NCBI GenBank assembly: GCA_039621445.1
Contig: CP154954.1
Location: forward strand, 15,457,805 to 15,493,660
Direction of reading: 5' to 3'
Length of the DNA stretch: 35,856 nt
Source: Euglena gracilis
Lineage: Eukaryota
Part shown: positions 22,690 to 35,530 of the stretch, one piece after another
Numbering within the stretch: position 1 is the stretch's first letter
Layout of the letters: each line of letters opens with the position of its first letter
Notes under the pieces: model-generated
Seen by the model: only the letters and a program-made list of their open reading frames with translations
Database searches by the model: none
What the model was told of the DNA's origin: nothing
Position numbers and translations under genes: made by a program

Positions 22690-23478
22690 GCCCCTTGATC
22701 GACAGCTCTTCTCAAGGGCTTTCCGCAGATGGCCTTAGATTTCAGCCGTGCTGCATGGTATTCTATTTCAGAAATTCGCCAAATTTGGCCAAATGGAAAT
22801 TATTGCACAAAATACCCCAATTTCTGGTCAAATACCCCCCAAAAACTGCTCAGGTATGATTGCCACATGTCTACTGACCATTTTGGACGCTTTTTTGGCA
22901 CTTTCATTTTGGGACCCCCAGAGGCTGACTTTCCGCCCGAAACGGCGAATTGGACACCGGTTCGGCGCAGAAATTTCTGCGCCGAACCAGCGTCCTGAAC
23001 GCCGGCTTGGGCGTGAAGCCAGAGCCCCAATACACGGTTTCACTGTTCTTGATGTTTTAGTTTTTTGGCGGCCTTGCTGTTTTGCTGTTTATTTTAGCTT
23101 CCTGTTTGCGGTTTTTTTTTGCACCGGATACAATTCCATCCCAGGAGCACCTTCGGGGGGGGGGGGTCGGAAGTGTGTGCGGGAGGTTCGCCAGTGGCCT
23201 TTTTCCAGCTGCACCAGCCCAAATTCCGAAAATTTTCCTGCCTTTAAGTAAATTTCCTCAATGCAGTCCTCAAAAAGTTGGCAGATGGCATTGGCAAATG
23301 AGGCACACATTGTTCAGTTCCTTGTTCTTTTGTTTCACCTCCTTTCCCAGAAATGAGCCTGTTTGTTTTCATTTCGTACCCTCCCGCTCCATTCGCTTTT
23401 GGTTTGCTGATTTTCTCGGCAAGGTGCTAATTCTTTTTTATTCACCAATAATGATTTCCAATAACGACAACCCCCCAG

Positions 23479-23657
23479 ACCAAATCGCATTGCGGGCCAT
23501 GCCGTCAAAAAGGGCAGCGCCCCCTCACCGGTCCCACTCGCCGGGCCTCAGCCTCCCCTCCAATTGTAGAGCTCACCGCCAGCCCCCTGTCGGACTACGA
23601 CCCCGTGATGGTCCCCAGCCCGGTGTCCTCCGCACTCAGTGTTGGATTCCCCAAGTG
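23479..23657 (+). CDS. Putative cyclase-gene exon (low-complexity N-terminal region)
   Basis: CCCCCCAG| acceptor; open frame TKSHCGPC...SPLSDYDPVMVPSPVSSALSVGFPK; donor GTGTAT at 23658 (or GTGGTG at 23655); phases fit both neighbours. Confidence 0.5.
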
Positions 23658-25614
23658 GTGTATAGTGTGAAATGTGAGACGTGGTGTCCTGTGAGAAATC
23701 TCACCACCAAACGTTTGAGTGTTTTCCAAAATGTGCTGCATTTCCAGCAAGTTGAGAGTGTGAGTTTGGCAATCCAGCCCCCCCCCCCCCCGCACGTTAA
23801 CGTATGTTTGCCCAGCTTCAAGTTTTGCCTTGATTCATGTCCTGGGGGGGTGACTGCGGGACCTCCCATGTGAACTTTCCACAAGAAATTCTTGTATGTC
23901 AGCCTTGCACAAGAACTGCCTTCTCCCTCTGGAAAAATGGTCCTCTTACCAACCCATTGCTCACCCCAAACCTGTTGCAAATGGTCCCCAAAATTCCTGT
24001 GTTGGGGGTGACCTGAACATGGATTCACATGGTTCACTTAACGCAGCAGGCTTCTTTTTAAGGGCTTATCTATTTATCCAGGGATGGGCAGGCAGAGGGC
24101 CAAGGCATCTTCGACCCTGTTGGAACCCCCCCACCCGGGGCGAAAATGGCCGTTTCAGGGAATTTTGGTCGGCATGCACCGGGATGCCAAATCGAGTATT
24201 GGCAGGCCTCCCACAGCACAAGGCAGTCTCCCCCCCCCCCCGAGAAAGAGTTTAAGGAAGCCTGTGAACCACACCCCCAAGGGCCCCCAGGTAGGGCAGA
24301 GTGAGGCGGGAGGGTGGGTTTTCGAGAGTGGGTGGATGAAGGTTGGTTGAAGACCATACCCTGCCCCCTGTGTTACTGCCCCCCCTGGTTATTGACCCCA
24401 GGCTTTTGGGCCCAAAGTTGACCCCTGCCCTGTTGGTCCCAAGCTGACCCGGGTCAATAAGAGGGGGGGGGGGTAGGCTGAAAGAAATCTGAGGCAAATT
24501 TTCGGGAGGCAGGTGGATTGTTAGTTGGGTTGACCCGATCAAGAAACCTGAAGGGGTCCATTTTCCAGGGGAATTTGCAGGCTTCGGGTTTGAATGATGA
24601 ACCAGCACGGGGCCTTTGCTCTGTTTAAGCCCCCATTCGCTCTGTCCAAAGGGGTCCCCCTGCGACCCCGCAACCCCCCTACGACCCACATATGGAGGGT
24701 TTCCAGATCCCAGTACCGGGGGGGGAATTTTGTCCTAGAAAAAATTTGCACGGACAAATTTCGCGGAAGCAAATCCCGCGAAATATTTCCAGACATTTTT
24801 AAGGAATCCCGCGAAATGTCCATCAGGTGCACAATGCTTCACAGACGCGAAATTGGAATCTATTCCGCGAAATTTGTCGCCGCAAAATTTCTCTGGCACG
24901 AAAATCATGTAGGAGCCAAAATGGTTAAAAAGACCTAATCAGGAATTGGCACCGAAATTAGGATTCAATTGCCAAAATTTGGATATATTTTTGGACCACA
25001 ACTCAAGGATGGGGAGAGGCTGCCCCTGAGGCCCAATCCAGTTGGTTGGAGGTGGCTTCCCGGCGGGGAGGGTGTGCTCACCGACCAAGGTTGCCCAATC
25101 AACCGGCCAACGGATCCCTGACCCCGTCGTCGCAGGTCTTCTGCGGCAGCCCCGTCCATGCCGCGGCTGTACCTCCGCCAGCCTGAGGGTTGAGCCGCCG
25201 TCCGCATCCCACAATGTACCATTCTGAGCAGACTTCTTTTGATTTGCTGGTAACAAAAATGAATGAGACAAGAGGCCAACTTTCTTGACTATTTTTGCTG
25301 AGGGCAACAACAATGAAGAAAACTGCCATTTCATAAACAAGTGTCGGTTTCTGAAGATTGTTGCCACTAGTGACATCTCGCCAAAAGTTCGATGTGGAGC
25401 ACCAAGCGTGCTAACACGAAGGGGCCTGGAGGGTCAGGATTGTCCATTACTTAGGGTGTGTCTGGCCACCCCCCTAGCTCACCTGCGCTATCTGGATCAC
25501 TTTTTTTTAACATTTATTTATTTCTGGAAACCTGTAAACTCTGCCTCCGTTTTTTTGTTGTTGTTTCGCTTCCACTCCTTTCCACCCTGTTTCCCCCCCC
25601 CCCCCCGTTGTCAG

Positions 25615-25741
25615 CTCCGGCCGCGGGTGTGGCGCCAAGGACCCCCGGCAGCGGGCCCTCCAGAAGCTGCTCAACAAGGCGGCGTCCAAGCTGAAGGCGA
25701 ACCCGGGCAGCACGCCGGAGGCCGTGCTGCGAGGGCTGCTG
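25615..25741 (+). CDS. Cyclase-gene exon
   Basis: Polypyrimidine tract + TCAG| acceptor; high GC3; SGRGCGAKDPRQRALQKLLNKAASKLKANPGSTPEAVLRGLL; followed by GAC-CAG non-conventional intron start. Confidence 0.65.
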
Positions 25742-26220
25742 GACCAGGCCTCCGGGTCCACCCATTACGTCCCCGGCCGGGGCCTGGCTGGCCCCCCAAG
25801 GGGGGCTGGGCTGGTGGGGACACATTTTGCTTTTCGGGTGCCTGGGGGGTTGTGTTCCGTTGTGATTTTCCCTCCCCCACAGGGGGTGTGGAATGGAGTT
25901 GCATATTTTTTGCATAATCCAATTTGTTTTTTTTTAAAAAAACCCACATGGTTTGTGTTTTTTCAACAACGTATATTGAATTTTTTGTCAGTTTTTGTAA
26001 GTTGGATCACAGTCCCCGTACGTTGCACTGGAGGAGGGGGGCCAAAGGGTGGAGGGAGGAGTAAAAGGATCCACCAGCCCAGCACGTTGCGAAAAAAAGA
26101 AGGAAAAAACTCATAATAAATAATAAACAGCCCAGAAATATGGAACTTCAGAGCCTGAGGACGGCAGAAGAGTGATGTCCCTCCCCCCAGTGGAGGCGGT
26201 CGCTGCCGGGTCCTGCCCCC

Positions 26221-26304
26221 ACATACTACTCCAACGCGCTGCCCCTCGTCAGCAGCCTGTGTCTGAGGCAGTACTCCACTAAGCCACACTGCCCGGGTAC
26301 CATC
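26221..26304 (+). CDS. Cyclase-gene exon
   Basis: TYYSNALPLVSSLCLRQYSTKPHCPGTI; CTG at -8..-6 upstream and CAG at +4..+6 downstream; phase 0 on both sides. Confidence 0.65.
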
Positions 26305-26598
26305 AGCCAGGGGGGGGGTCTCAACAGCCCGTCCGGGGCATTTCCTGTGCCAGTCTGGCCGGCATCATTTGCCATCCCTCCCCCGGGATGTTGTCGCCTT
26401 TGGAGGTTGTCACGCACCGGGGAAGTTGTCACCTCGGGCCGTGCCGACGGACTTGCCATTCTGGAAATTCTCCTCCACCCCCCCCCCCTCCCCCGCCCCC
26501 GGGAAGTTGTCACGAAGGCTTGCACCAGCTGATTTTCTAGGTGGCATCACGTCCTGGGGAGGGGGAATCATTTCTCTTTTAAAATCATTCAATATAAA

Positions 26599-26803
26599 TA
26601 ACCCCCCCCCCCAAATAACACCCCCCCCCGGTGTGTTATTTGGGCACCCGAACTGGGGCCCCAAGGGGGTGTGTTTTATTTGGGGGGGTGTTATTTTTAC
26701 ATGGAAACCAAAGGAAAACGGGGGGGGGGTGTTATTTGAGCGCTCGAAATCGGCCCCCGAGGGGGGGGGTGTTTTTTGGGGGGGTGTTATTTGGGGGGGT
26801 TTA
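26599..26803. mobile_element. Intronic MITE (CCCCCCCAAATAACACCCC TIR)
   Basis: Inverted ends with TA flanks. Confidence 0.75.
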
Positions 26804-26837
<34 letters not shown>

Positions 26838-26940
26838 GCCGTCGTCGTCGTCGTCGTCGTCGTTGTTGTTGTTATTCTTATTCTTACTCTTATTCTTACT
26901 CTTATTCTTATTCTTATTCTTGTTGTTGTTGTCGTTGTCG

Positions 26941-26978
<38 letters not shown>

Positions 26979-27625
26979 GATGTCATTGTCATTGTCGTTC
27001 TTCTTATTATTTTTATTATTATTGTTATTATTATTAATTATTATTATTATTTATTATTATTAATTGTTATTAATTATTATTTATTTATTAATTATTATTA
27101 ATTGTTATTAATTCTTATCAACAGTTATTAACAGTTATTAACAGTTATTAATTGTTATTAACTGTTATTAGCTGTTATTAACTGTTTTTAACTGTTATTA
27201 ATTGTTATTAATTATTTTTAATCATCATCATAATAATCATTATTAATCATTATTATAAATCATTATTATTACTTATTATTACGTATTATTACTTATTACT
27301 ATATTTATTACTTTGAATTATTAATGATAATTATTATTAATTATCATTAATTATTATTGAATTATTATAAAATTATTAATTATTGTTGATAATTATTAAA
27401 AATTATTAATTATTATTAATTCTTATTAATTATTATTGATTATTATTAATTCGTATTATTTGTTATTATTTGTTATTAACTGTTTTTTTTTTAAACTGTT
27501 ATTAACTGTCATTAGCTGTTGTTAATTGCTATCAACTGTTATTAACTGTTATTGATTATTATTAGATTGTTATTAATTGTTATTAATTGTTATTAATTTT
27601 TTTAATTGTTATTAATCGTTATCAA
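26804..27625. repeat. Compound microsatellite / AT-rich tract: (GTT)n, (GTC)n, (TTATTC)n, (ATT)n, (TTATTAACAG)n
   Basis: Read directly. Confidence 0.95.
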
Positions 27626-27653
27626 GTGGTATTGATTAGCATGAATTATTATC

Positions 27654-28734
27654 ACCTCCCCTCCCCCTTGTCCAACGACCGGGCTTGCCCAACGACCCCC
27701 CCCCCCGGTCAGAGACGATCTTTTCGTATACGATCTTGGGGAAATGAGACTTGATAATGTTCTTGCTTTTGATTTTGTCCTTTGCAGCTTCTCCGACTTC
27801 TGTGATGAACCACTACCCAATGGGTTGTTGTGTTCTCTATCGTCGCTCAAATGGTGACCTTGAAGAAGGCATCGTTGTGGGCCCCTGCCGGTACGGTGAT
27901 GGTTAAGCGCCTATAGTAAAAATGGCCGAAAATGGCCGAAAATAGCCGAAAATGAGAAAAAATTTGTTGCAATTATTTTTCGAGTTTTTTTGCTTAACAT
28001 TTTCTTTTTCCCTGGGGGGCAAATTCCAGTGCGACTGATTCTTGTCTCTGTACAGCCTCTCTTCTCCTGCCATTATGCCTGGCCCTGCAACACATGCTGC
28101 TCAAAGAACCACCTCCTAATGGGTTATTTGGGCCAAAGCTGAAGGTTTTGATGACATTTCAGAAAATTTTGTTGACAAGGGCGATGCTGGCATTTTTTTT
28201 GTATATTTTGAAGGATTAAACCCATTTTTGGGATAATTTCTCCACAAATCTCCAGTACCACACCCGCCTTGGATCAATTTGGATCAATTTTGGATCAATT
28301 TGCACTGATTTGGCAAATATTGAGCCAATTTCAGTCATTATGAGCACATCTTTGGCATTTTTGGCCATTTTGCGCCATTTTGGTGATTTTGGGTTATTTT
28401 TCAAATTTTTTTGTGGACATTGCTGGCATTTTAAGACAATTTTAGGTTATTTGAAGCCATTTTAGGTTATTTTGGTTGCTTTTTGGGGCTTTTTGTGGTC
28501 AATTTTGGGCTTTTTGTGGTCATTTTGCTGGGTTGGGAGCCAGTGCATGAGATTGGCTATTGCCAGGCGCGAAGCGCCAAAAATTTCCAGCGAGACGCGC
28601 CGGAAATCCCCCCCCCCCCCTTGTCTAACGACCCCCCCCCCCCTGGTCAGAGGCGAACATTGGCCATTTTAACGACCGCCCCCCCCCCCCGGTCAGAGAC
28701 AAATATTAGCGGTCGTTGGACAAGGGGGGGAGGT
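27654..28734. mobile_element. Intronic TIR element (~1.1 kb)
   Basis: ACCTCCCCTCCCCCTTGTCCAACGACCG ... CGGTCGTTGGACAAGGGGGGGAGGT. Confidence 0.8.
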
Positions 28735-28830
28735 AATTAGTATTAATTATTGCTAATTATTATGAAGTATTATTAAATATTATTAGTTATTATTATTTCA
28801 TCATCATCGTCGTCGTCGTCGTCGTCATCG

Positions 28831-28870
<40 letters not shown>

Positions 28871-29037
28871 TTTTATAATATATTTTATATATTTAAAGAA
28901 TTTACCACCCCAAAACATACAAACGCGTGTGGATAAACTGAAAATGCTTGTGCTCCCCCCAGCTCGTTGGTCCCCCAGCTCCGTGTCCAATGCACATTGT
29001 ATTCCCCTCAGAAGTTGCCCCCCCCCCCCTGCCGCCC

Positions 29038-29202
29038 GACTCTGCGGTGCTGATGCTCGACATCTGCCAGTACTCCCGCCTCACGGCGGCGCTCGCCCAT
29101 CTCGGGCCGCACATCCTGAACCGCTGCATCAATGGCTGCCTCTCCCCGATGATCGACCACATCCAGGCCGCCGGCGGCGACGTTATCAAGTTCGCCGGGG
29201 AC
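29038..29202 (+). CDS. Class III adenylate/guanylate cyclase (soluble, ADCY10-like) catalytic domain exon
   Basis: DSAVLMLDICQYSRLTAALAHLGPHILNRCINGCLSPMIDHIQAAGGDVIKFAGD; both metal-binding Asp positions and the GGDVIKFAGDA signature. Confidence 0.9.
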
Positions 29203-29837
29203 GCCCAGGGCAGGGGGTGGCCCCCAGGTGGGTGGCCCCCAAAGGGGAGGGTCCTCCACCGGCATCGAATGGTGGGCTCTTGAGCCATTTGATGACGTCA
29301 CAGACCAGGTAGTGGTCTTGTTATTCTTTGGCTTTGTGCTTCCAAAGAAACAGGAGTCGGAGTCTGCGGTTTCTTTTTTACCGATCACTCTCCTTTATTT
29401 GGCAGGCTGGCAACACCACTGCTACTGCGGGCCGGGGGGACCTTTTGGTTTACATCAGACTACAGTGGCAGGAGGACCTGAACCTGGAACTTTCTTCAAA
29501 GTTCCATTAAATTTTCCACAGCAGGCTTTCTTTTGTGGGATGGTTTGCTGCATTTTTTTTCCCATGCATTGAAATGCCAACGCCCAAGGCGTGTTTTCCT
29601 TTCTCCTCGTCCAATGCATACACAACACACACACACGCGCGCGCGCGCACGCACGCACGCACGCATGCACGCAAACACAGACACACACAAGCGTGCGCGC
29701 ACATATGCCCGTGCGCATGCACGCACGCACACACATACAATACACACACAACACACACACACACACACACATACACACACACACACACACATGCACACAC
29801 GCCAAAGGCACGCCTGCCCTCCCCCCGCCCTGCCGGC
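29203..29837 (+). other. Euglenid non-conventional intron (clearest example; others at 25742-26220, 26305-29037, 30024-31562, 35531-35755)
   Basis: No GT-AG; begins GCC-CAGGGCAGGGGG, ends CCCCCCGCCCTG-CCGGC; CAG at +4..+6 pairs with CTG at -8..-6; Y|R junctions; removal restores KFAGDAIV. Confidence 0.88.
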
Positions 29838-30023
29838 GCCATCGTGACGGTGTGGGCCAACAGCCGGCTGGCGGAGTCGGTGCGGCACGCGGTGGCATGT
29901 GCGCAGTGGTTGCAGGAGAACTGCGGCCACTCCCCGATCCCCGGCACGAACCAGACGCTGCAGATCCACATCGGCGTTGCGTGCGGCGCGCTGCGCTCCG
30001 AGATCCTGTACTCCCACTGCCCC
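29838..30023 (+). CDS. Cyclase domain exon
   Basis: AIVTVWANSRLAESVRHAVACAQWLQENCG...LQIHIGVACGALRSEILYSHCP; continues KFAGD|AIV in frame. Confidence 0.88.
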
Positions 30024-31562
30024 GACCAGGGTCGGGGGTCTCCCCCCCCCCAATTCTTGGCCGGACTGTAAACCACCCCAGAATGTCGAGGCCGTGTTTT
30101 TGTGGACCGACTCTCAGGGGTTACAACAATTTGGACCCGGGGGGGGGATGCCCCCCCCCCCCTCCTCCACCTGGGTACGCCCCCGGTATTTGGTGGACTG
30201 CAGCCACCCGGGGGACCTGGCGGCCGCCCACCACCGGGCCGTGGCTGCCGTCCACCACCGGGCGGTGGCAGCGGTGGCGCCCCCCGCCGCCCCGCCGCAC
30301 CGCCCGGTGCGGGTGTTTGGAAAGGCAGGGCTGTATGGGAATCCTGAAACCCGGTGGGTGGAATGTGACCCACCATCACCATAGCCCATGAGCCGGCAGA
30401 ACGTCTGGGGCTGGGGGGTGAGCACAAGAGGAGTTTGGGAGGGTATTCAACTGCCTGACCCAACCTCACCCCCACCCTCCCCGAACAAACCCAAATTGTA
30501 ATCCTGCCCCTGATTTTAATGGAAATCCTGAAATACAACTAAACACCCAAGCATCTCCTGCCAAAGTCCAGGGACCTCCCCTCCTTTCCGCAGGACCACC
30601 CCACCCACCACCTCACCGTGAAAAGAAAAAAAAACCTTTGGCTCTGAAGTAAAACTTTGACCAAAAAATCGGAAATACCTCGCAAATATAGAAATACACC
30701 AAGGGCCTGGTGGGGGGGGGTCGGACCCCCCACCCACCAGGTTGGGGGTGGGGGGTGGGTGCAGCCCATGAACTCTGACAGGACGCCACCCCACATGGGA
30801 TCCAGTTATCAGCCGAAGTGGAACCCACTCCCGGGGGGGTCAGCCAGTCAACAACTTTCTCCCAGCCAGCCGTCTCCCAGCCAGGCTGCCGAGGAGGAGG
30901 CTGCACCCCCCCTCCCCCGGATGGGGTGAGCCCAGCCCCTTTGGGGGCCAGCCCGGCAAAGTCAGGCTGGAGGTCAAGAATAGCCAAAAAAGGTTTTTCT
31001 GAGGAGTTTTGGAGGTCTCCACCAGAAATTTCCACTGAAAAATTTCCACCCAGCTAAAATCAAGGGGGGAAATTGATATCTGCAATTTTTCCGCAATTTC
31101 CGCAATTATCTGCAATTTCCACAATTTTTTCCAATTTTCCCCAATTTTTCCGCAATTTCCGCAATTTTTCGGAATTTTTTTTCTTTACGCAATTTTTTCG
31201 TATGAACCTGGAACGGAAGGCAAGATGACTTTTGGCCAGTCCTCGAACATTTCGCAAGGGAACCCAGGTGCTTTTTTTGTTACTTAATTGCTAAGTTGCC
31301 AAAATTTTGCAAATTTTACAAAATTTGACAAAATTGGCAATTTCTGGGCCTTAGGTTTTCCCCCAATTTCTGCTGGGAAATGATTTTGATTTAGAAGAAC
31401 TCCACATTCTGGACCAGATTTTTTTCTGAGACCAAACTTTTTATCAATTTTTTGCCGTTTTCGGATTTTTCACCAAGAAATTCCATATTTCCAAAATCTG
31501 AGTATATGGCTACCCGCCCCCGGTATGCACTTCCCGTTGCCGAGCTCCCCCTTCCTGCTGCC

Positions 31563-31643
31563 GAATGTGAGGACCTCCATTTTGTGTCCGGCACACCGCT
31601 GAAGGAGGCAGGGGAGGCCTTGGACTTCGCCAATGCGGCAGAG
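31563..31643 (+). CDS. Cyclase domain exon
   Basis: ECEDLHFVSGTPLKEAGEALDFANAAE matches the family's G-x-P...A...A...GE segment; non-conventional acceptor, GT donor. Confidence 0.8.
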
Positions 31644-32349
31644 GTGTGCCCCCTCTCCATTTCGGGGTGTGACGTTGCTCGACAGTTCACAGCAGAGCAG
31701 ATGAAAAATTCAACAACTTTTTTTTAGGAAAAAACAGAATTTTCGAATGGGACACTGGGCCATTTTTGTTGCTTTTTTTTCTTAACTTCATGCAATGTGG
31801 AATTGAATATTTGGTATCCATTTTTAGGCAGTTCTTTCTGATTTACCCCAGATACTGTCCTCTGGGCCTGCACATGCTAGCCCATCCCCAACAAGACCTG
31901 TCTCCAATCTCTGTGCTTGTTGGCCTGTGCCAAGGATGGATATTGCTATTGGGTTTGGAGGGGTCCCGATAAAACCCGATATATTGATCCCCTCCAATAT
32001 GCTCAATAAATCCGATAAATTCGATATGGAGTTGAAAAAAGTACCCAAATGAACACAATTTTGCCTTTTTTTTTGACTAATTCTGACCATTTTGGCCGAT
32101 TTTTGGGTCCTTCTATGGTCATTGTGAAGGATTTTCATTTAAAAAGTTTTCAAATGACCAAAAATTGCACAACTGGTGTCCCATTTCCAAAGAACTGGCA
32201 AAATTTACCTCAGATATGGATAATAATGGACAAAAAAGGCTCAAACTTTGTGTGAAATAGTTTTCAAGTGACCAAAATTGCCCAAAGCATCCCCTATTGC
32301 AGAATTTGAAAGATAATTTAAAGTGAATGTTAAAATTTGGTGCCCAATA

Positions 32350-32763
32350 TACCCCCCCCCCCCGAATAGAAGCCCCCGGGGGCTACTATTCGGAAAACTG
32401 GTCGAAAACCGAGGGGGGGGCTTCTATTCGGGGGGGGGGGGCACTATTCGGAAAAACGTGGTCTGAAACCAAGGGGTCTGAGCACTATCCAACAAGTTTC
32501 TTCGTGGGTCCATATGTCCTTTTCCAGCCATGTCAAATCTGTCGCCCCTAAACGTAAACAAACCCAACCCTCATTGAACCAATGGCTGAAGAAGCCAAAG
32601 GACTGTTGAGGTTCAAAGCAGCAATGGCTGCAGCCTTCGACCCCTGCCTTGCCGTCCCAACTGAGAGGCTTCCATTCGGGGGGGGGGCACTATTTGGAAA
32701 ACTGCTCGAAAACCGAGGGGGGGGCTTCTATTTGGGGGGGGGGGGCACTATTCGGGGGGGTTA
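32350..32763. mobile_element. Intronic MITE (CCCCCCGAATAG/CTATTCGGGGGG)
   Basis: Inverted ends, repeated CTATTCGG subterminal motif, TA flanks. Confidence 0.75.
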
Positions 32764-34385
32764 AAGCATTTGCAAACCAAAGTTGGCATTAGCTGCTGAA
32801 ATTGAGCAATTTTCACCCGAAATACGCATTTGTCACTCATGACACCCAAAATTGGATATTTTCAACCCGAAATAGGATTTGACACTCAAAATTAGGAATT
32901 TTCCAACCCAAATTTGGCCATTGCCCCACAAATTTGGCATTTGCCCCTCAAAATTATGAAGTTTTTCAATAATTAGGAAATCGCCGCTGAAAATTAGGCA
33001 TTTGCACACCAAATTAGGGTCGCCACTCAAATTTTCATATTTTACATCCAAAATGAGCCATTTGCAACTCAAAATTAGAAATTTACACATGGAATTAGGA
33101 ATTTGCTTCTCAAAATTAAGCATAGGCACACTAAAATAGGAATTAAATTAGGAATTTGCCTTTCAAAAACATCCGTTGACAAGGTAAATAGCAGGGTTTT
33201 TTTGCCCCCCCCCCCCCCGATAAAGCCGATATTTTACGATATTTTTCAGGGACCCGATAAATTCGAGATTTTCGATAAAAACCCGATATGGGCCGATAAC
33301 CAATATCCATTCTTGCCTGTGGGGAGACAGTTTTTTTTTCCTGTTGGGTTGGCAGGTTGATAAGTGATTTTGGTTTGTTCGGGGAGGGGTTGGACCAACC
33401 CAGGGGGTCAGACCCTGCCCCACCCCCTCCAGGCCAGGGAGTTTGGGGTTCTTCTGGGGGCGGGGAATGCGGACCGCATAATCCCGCATATTTTTTTTTT
33501 GGGATAATCCACATGGAAAGGCCCCAAAAGGCATTTGAGACAGTTGCTTTCTGTTTCAGGGAAGATTTTGTACCATTTTTTTTAAATCATATTTTCCCTT
33601 CTTTTGGAGTAGCAATATAAATGAGCATTATACAGATTATACAGAGTGTGAATTCTTGGACTGCATAATCCCGCATAATCCCATATAATCCCACGTTATT
33701 TTTCAAGGTCAAGAATCATTTCATCACGTACTCCCAAGTGATTTTTTTGTAATTTTTGGATTTCTTTCTCCACACTTAATCCTCTTTTTCACCCAATTTC
33801 ATTGATCTTTGTGATTACTCCAACATTTTTGTTGAATTATCTGCTTAGTTTGTTTGGCTCATTGTCGGGCAGAGGAGGGGGTTGTTATTTGGCATAACTC
33901 ATCGGCCAGCTCCCAAACCGTACATACGGGGAAAGGCCTCAAAATACAACAAAAGTTCATTTTTAATTCAAAAATGCCACCAAAAAATTCGAGTTTTTCT
34001 TACGTTAAATGTGAATTTACGTTGAAGAAACAAGACTTTTCCATTTCGAAAAAAATTTCTTCTTTATGTTTTACGATTTTGTCTCCACATGAGAGAAAAC
34101 CCTCTGGGATATTTAGATAAAATGGGATCTGGCCCTGCCCCTATCTCCCTGCAGGGACAGGGCTGTACGGGAATCCCAGAAACCTATGGATGGTGGGTGG
34201 GGGCGTCGACCCCATCCTGGTGCACAGTTTTCTTTTCGTTCAAAGCAAGGATGAATCTGCAGCCATTGGTGTGCCGTGAAACTTTTTAACCATTGAGCAA
34301 AAATAAAACAATGGAATGCAACTTTTTGGGAATAAGCACAAATATTTTTTGGAGGCAAAATGCAACAAATGCCAGCTCTGGGCCA

Positions 34386-34701
34386 TACCATTGCTTAATA
34401 CCTGCCCTACCCCACCCCCGGGGGGGGGTGACTGACTGCTTTTTTTCAGAGTGACTGACTGGTTTTCTGGCGAAGAACCCCGGTGGGCCCAAAAATGAAA
34501 AAATTGGCTAACCTGGCGCCAAAGGCGCCGGATTTTTTTTTTTTGGATTTGGAGGCTTTTTTTTGGCAAATGTTCATTGCCTCCTCCTCATCATTCAAGA
34601 GTGGCCAGTCCCCCCCCCCCCATGGGGTGGTAAAGTGACTGACTGGTTTTTTCAGAGTGGAAAGTGACCCCCTCCCCCCCGGGGGTCGCTAAGTAATGGT
34701 A
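34386..34701. mobile_element. Intronic MITE related to 15902-16267
   Basis: TACCATTGCTTA/TAAGTAATGGTA ends; GTGACTGACTGG repeats; shared GGCGCCAAAGGCGCCGG. Confidence 0.75.
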
Positions 34702-35394
34702 TGCTCTGGGCAAATGTATTTCAATGCTCCAGACAAAAAAATATTGACTCTTTTGGCAAACATTTTTGCCACCCGGGAAAATTGGCAATTTTTTTCGGGC
34801 ATAAAGCTTGCGTGAGGTGCAATGCCCAGGATAGAGCCATACACTTCAAAGTCCAATTTCTTCCGTAACTGGTTTGGGTTAATTTGATTCATTTCGTAAG
34901 TCATTTCAGGTTTTTGCATTCACATTGGCTGATTTGGCGATTTTTGGGACAGCTTGGGTCGTTTTTGGGCATTTTGGTCCTGTACTCAAGGCCAAACTTG
35001 CAGGGTTTCGACCTTGAATGCGAACAACAGCAATGCAACAACAGCAAAAAATGTATTCATTTTAGCATAATCCTGCATAATTACCGCATAATCCCGCATA
35101 ATTTTGAAAAAAGAATTGCCGCATTATTTCTCCCCCTGATTTTTCTTCCCTGGCGCTTAGCACCAGATTAGTGAGTGAAGTGAGTTTTTTCCACTTATTT
35201 CATGGGCTGTTCTTTGCGGGGGGAAAAAACTGCGCAAAAACACGATTTGTTCGGGCTTTTTTGAGCCCTAAATTTTTCTGGGCTTCACCCCGGATTTTCA
35301 TTTTTGGACAGGGGGTTCAACCCCCTGCCTCACTTGGTATCTTTGAGGTCGGTATTCAGGGGGAGGAAGGCAACCCCCCCCCCCTGCCCATCAG

Positions 35395-35530
35395 GTGTGC
35401 CTCACCGCGGCGTGCGCCGCGCTGTGCCCGGGGCTGGCGACGGTGGCCACCGGCCACCCGTCCATCGTCCGCCTCTCGGCACTGTCCGGCTCCCCAATCC
35501 AGGCCCCCGTGCTGGCCCTGGAGAAGCCCA
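35395..35530 (+). CDS. Cyclase-gene exon
   Basis: CATCAG| acceptor; VCLTAACAALCPGLATVATGHPSIVRLSALSGSPIQAPVLALEKP; joins as AAE|VCLT. Confidence 0.8.

Noticed and set aside
26631-27101. Poly-Val/Leu/Cys/Thr ORFs
   Set aside because: Translations of intronic microsatellites.
29203-29283. Cyclase fragments as a truncated pseudogene
   Set aside because: Fragments join in frame without stops once non-conventional introns are allowed.
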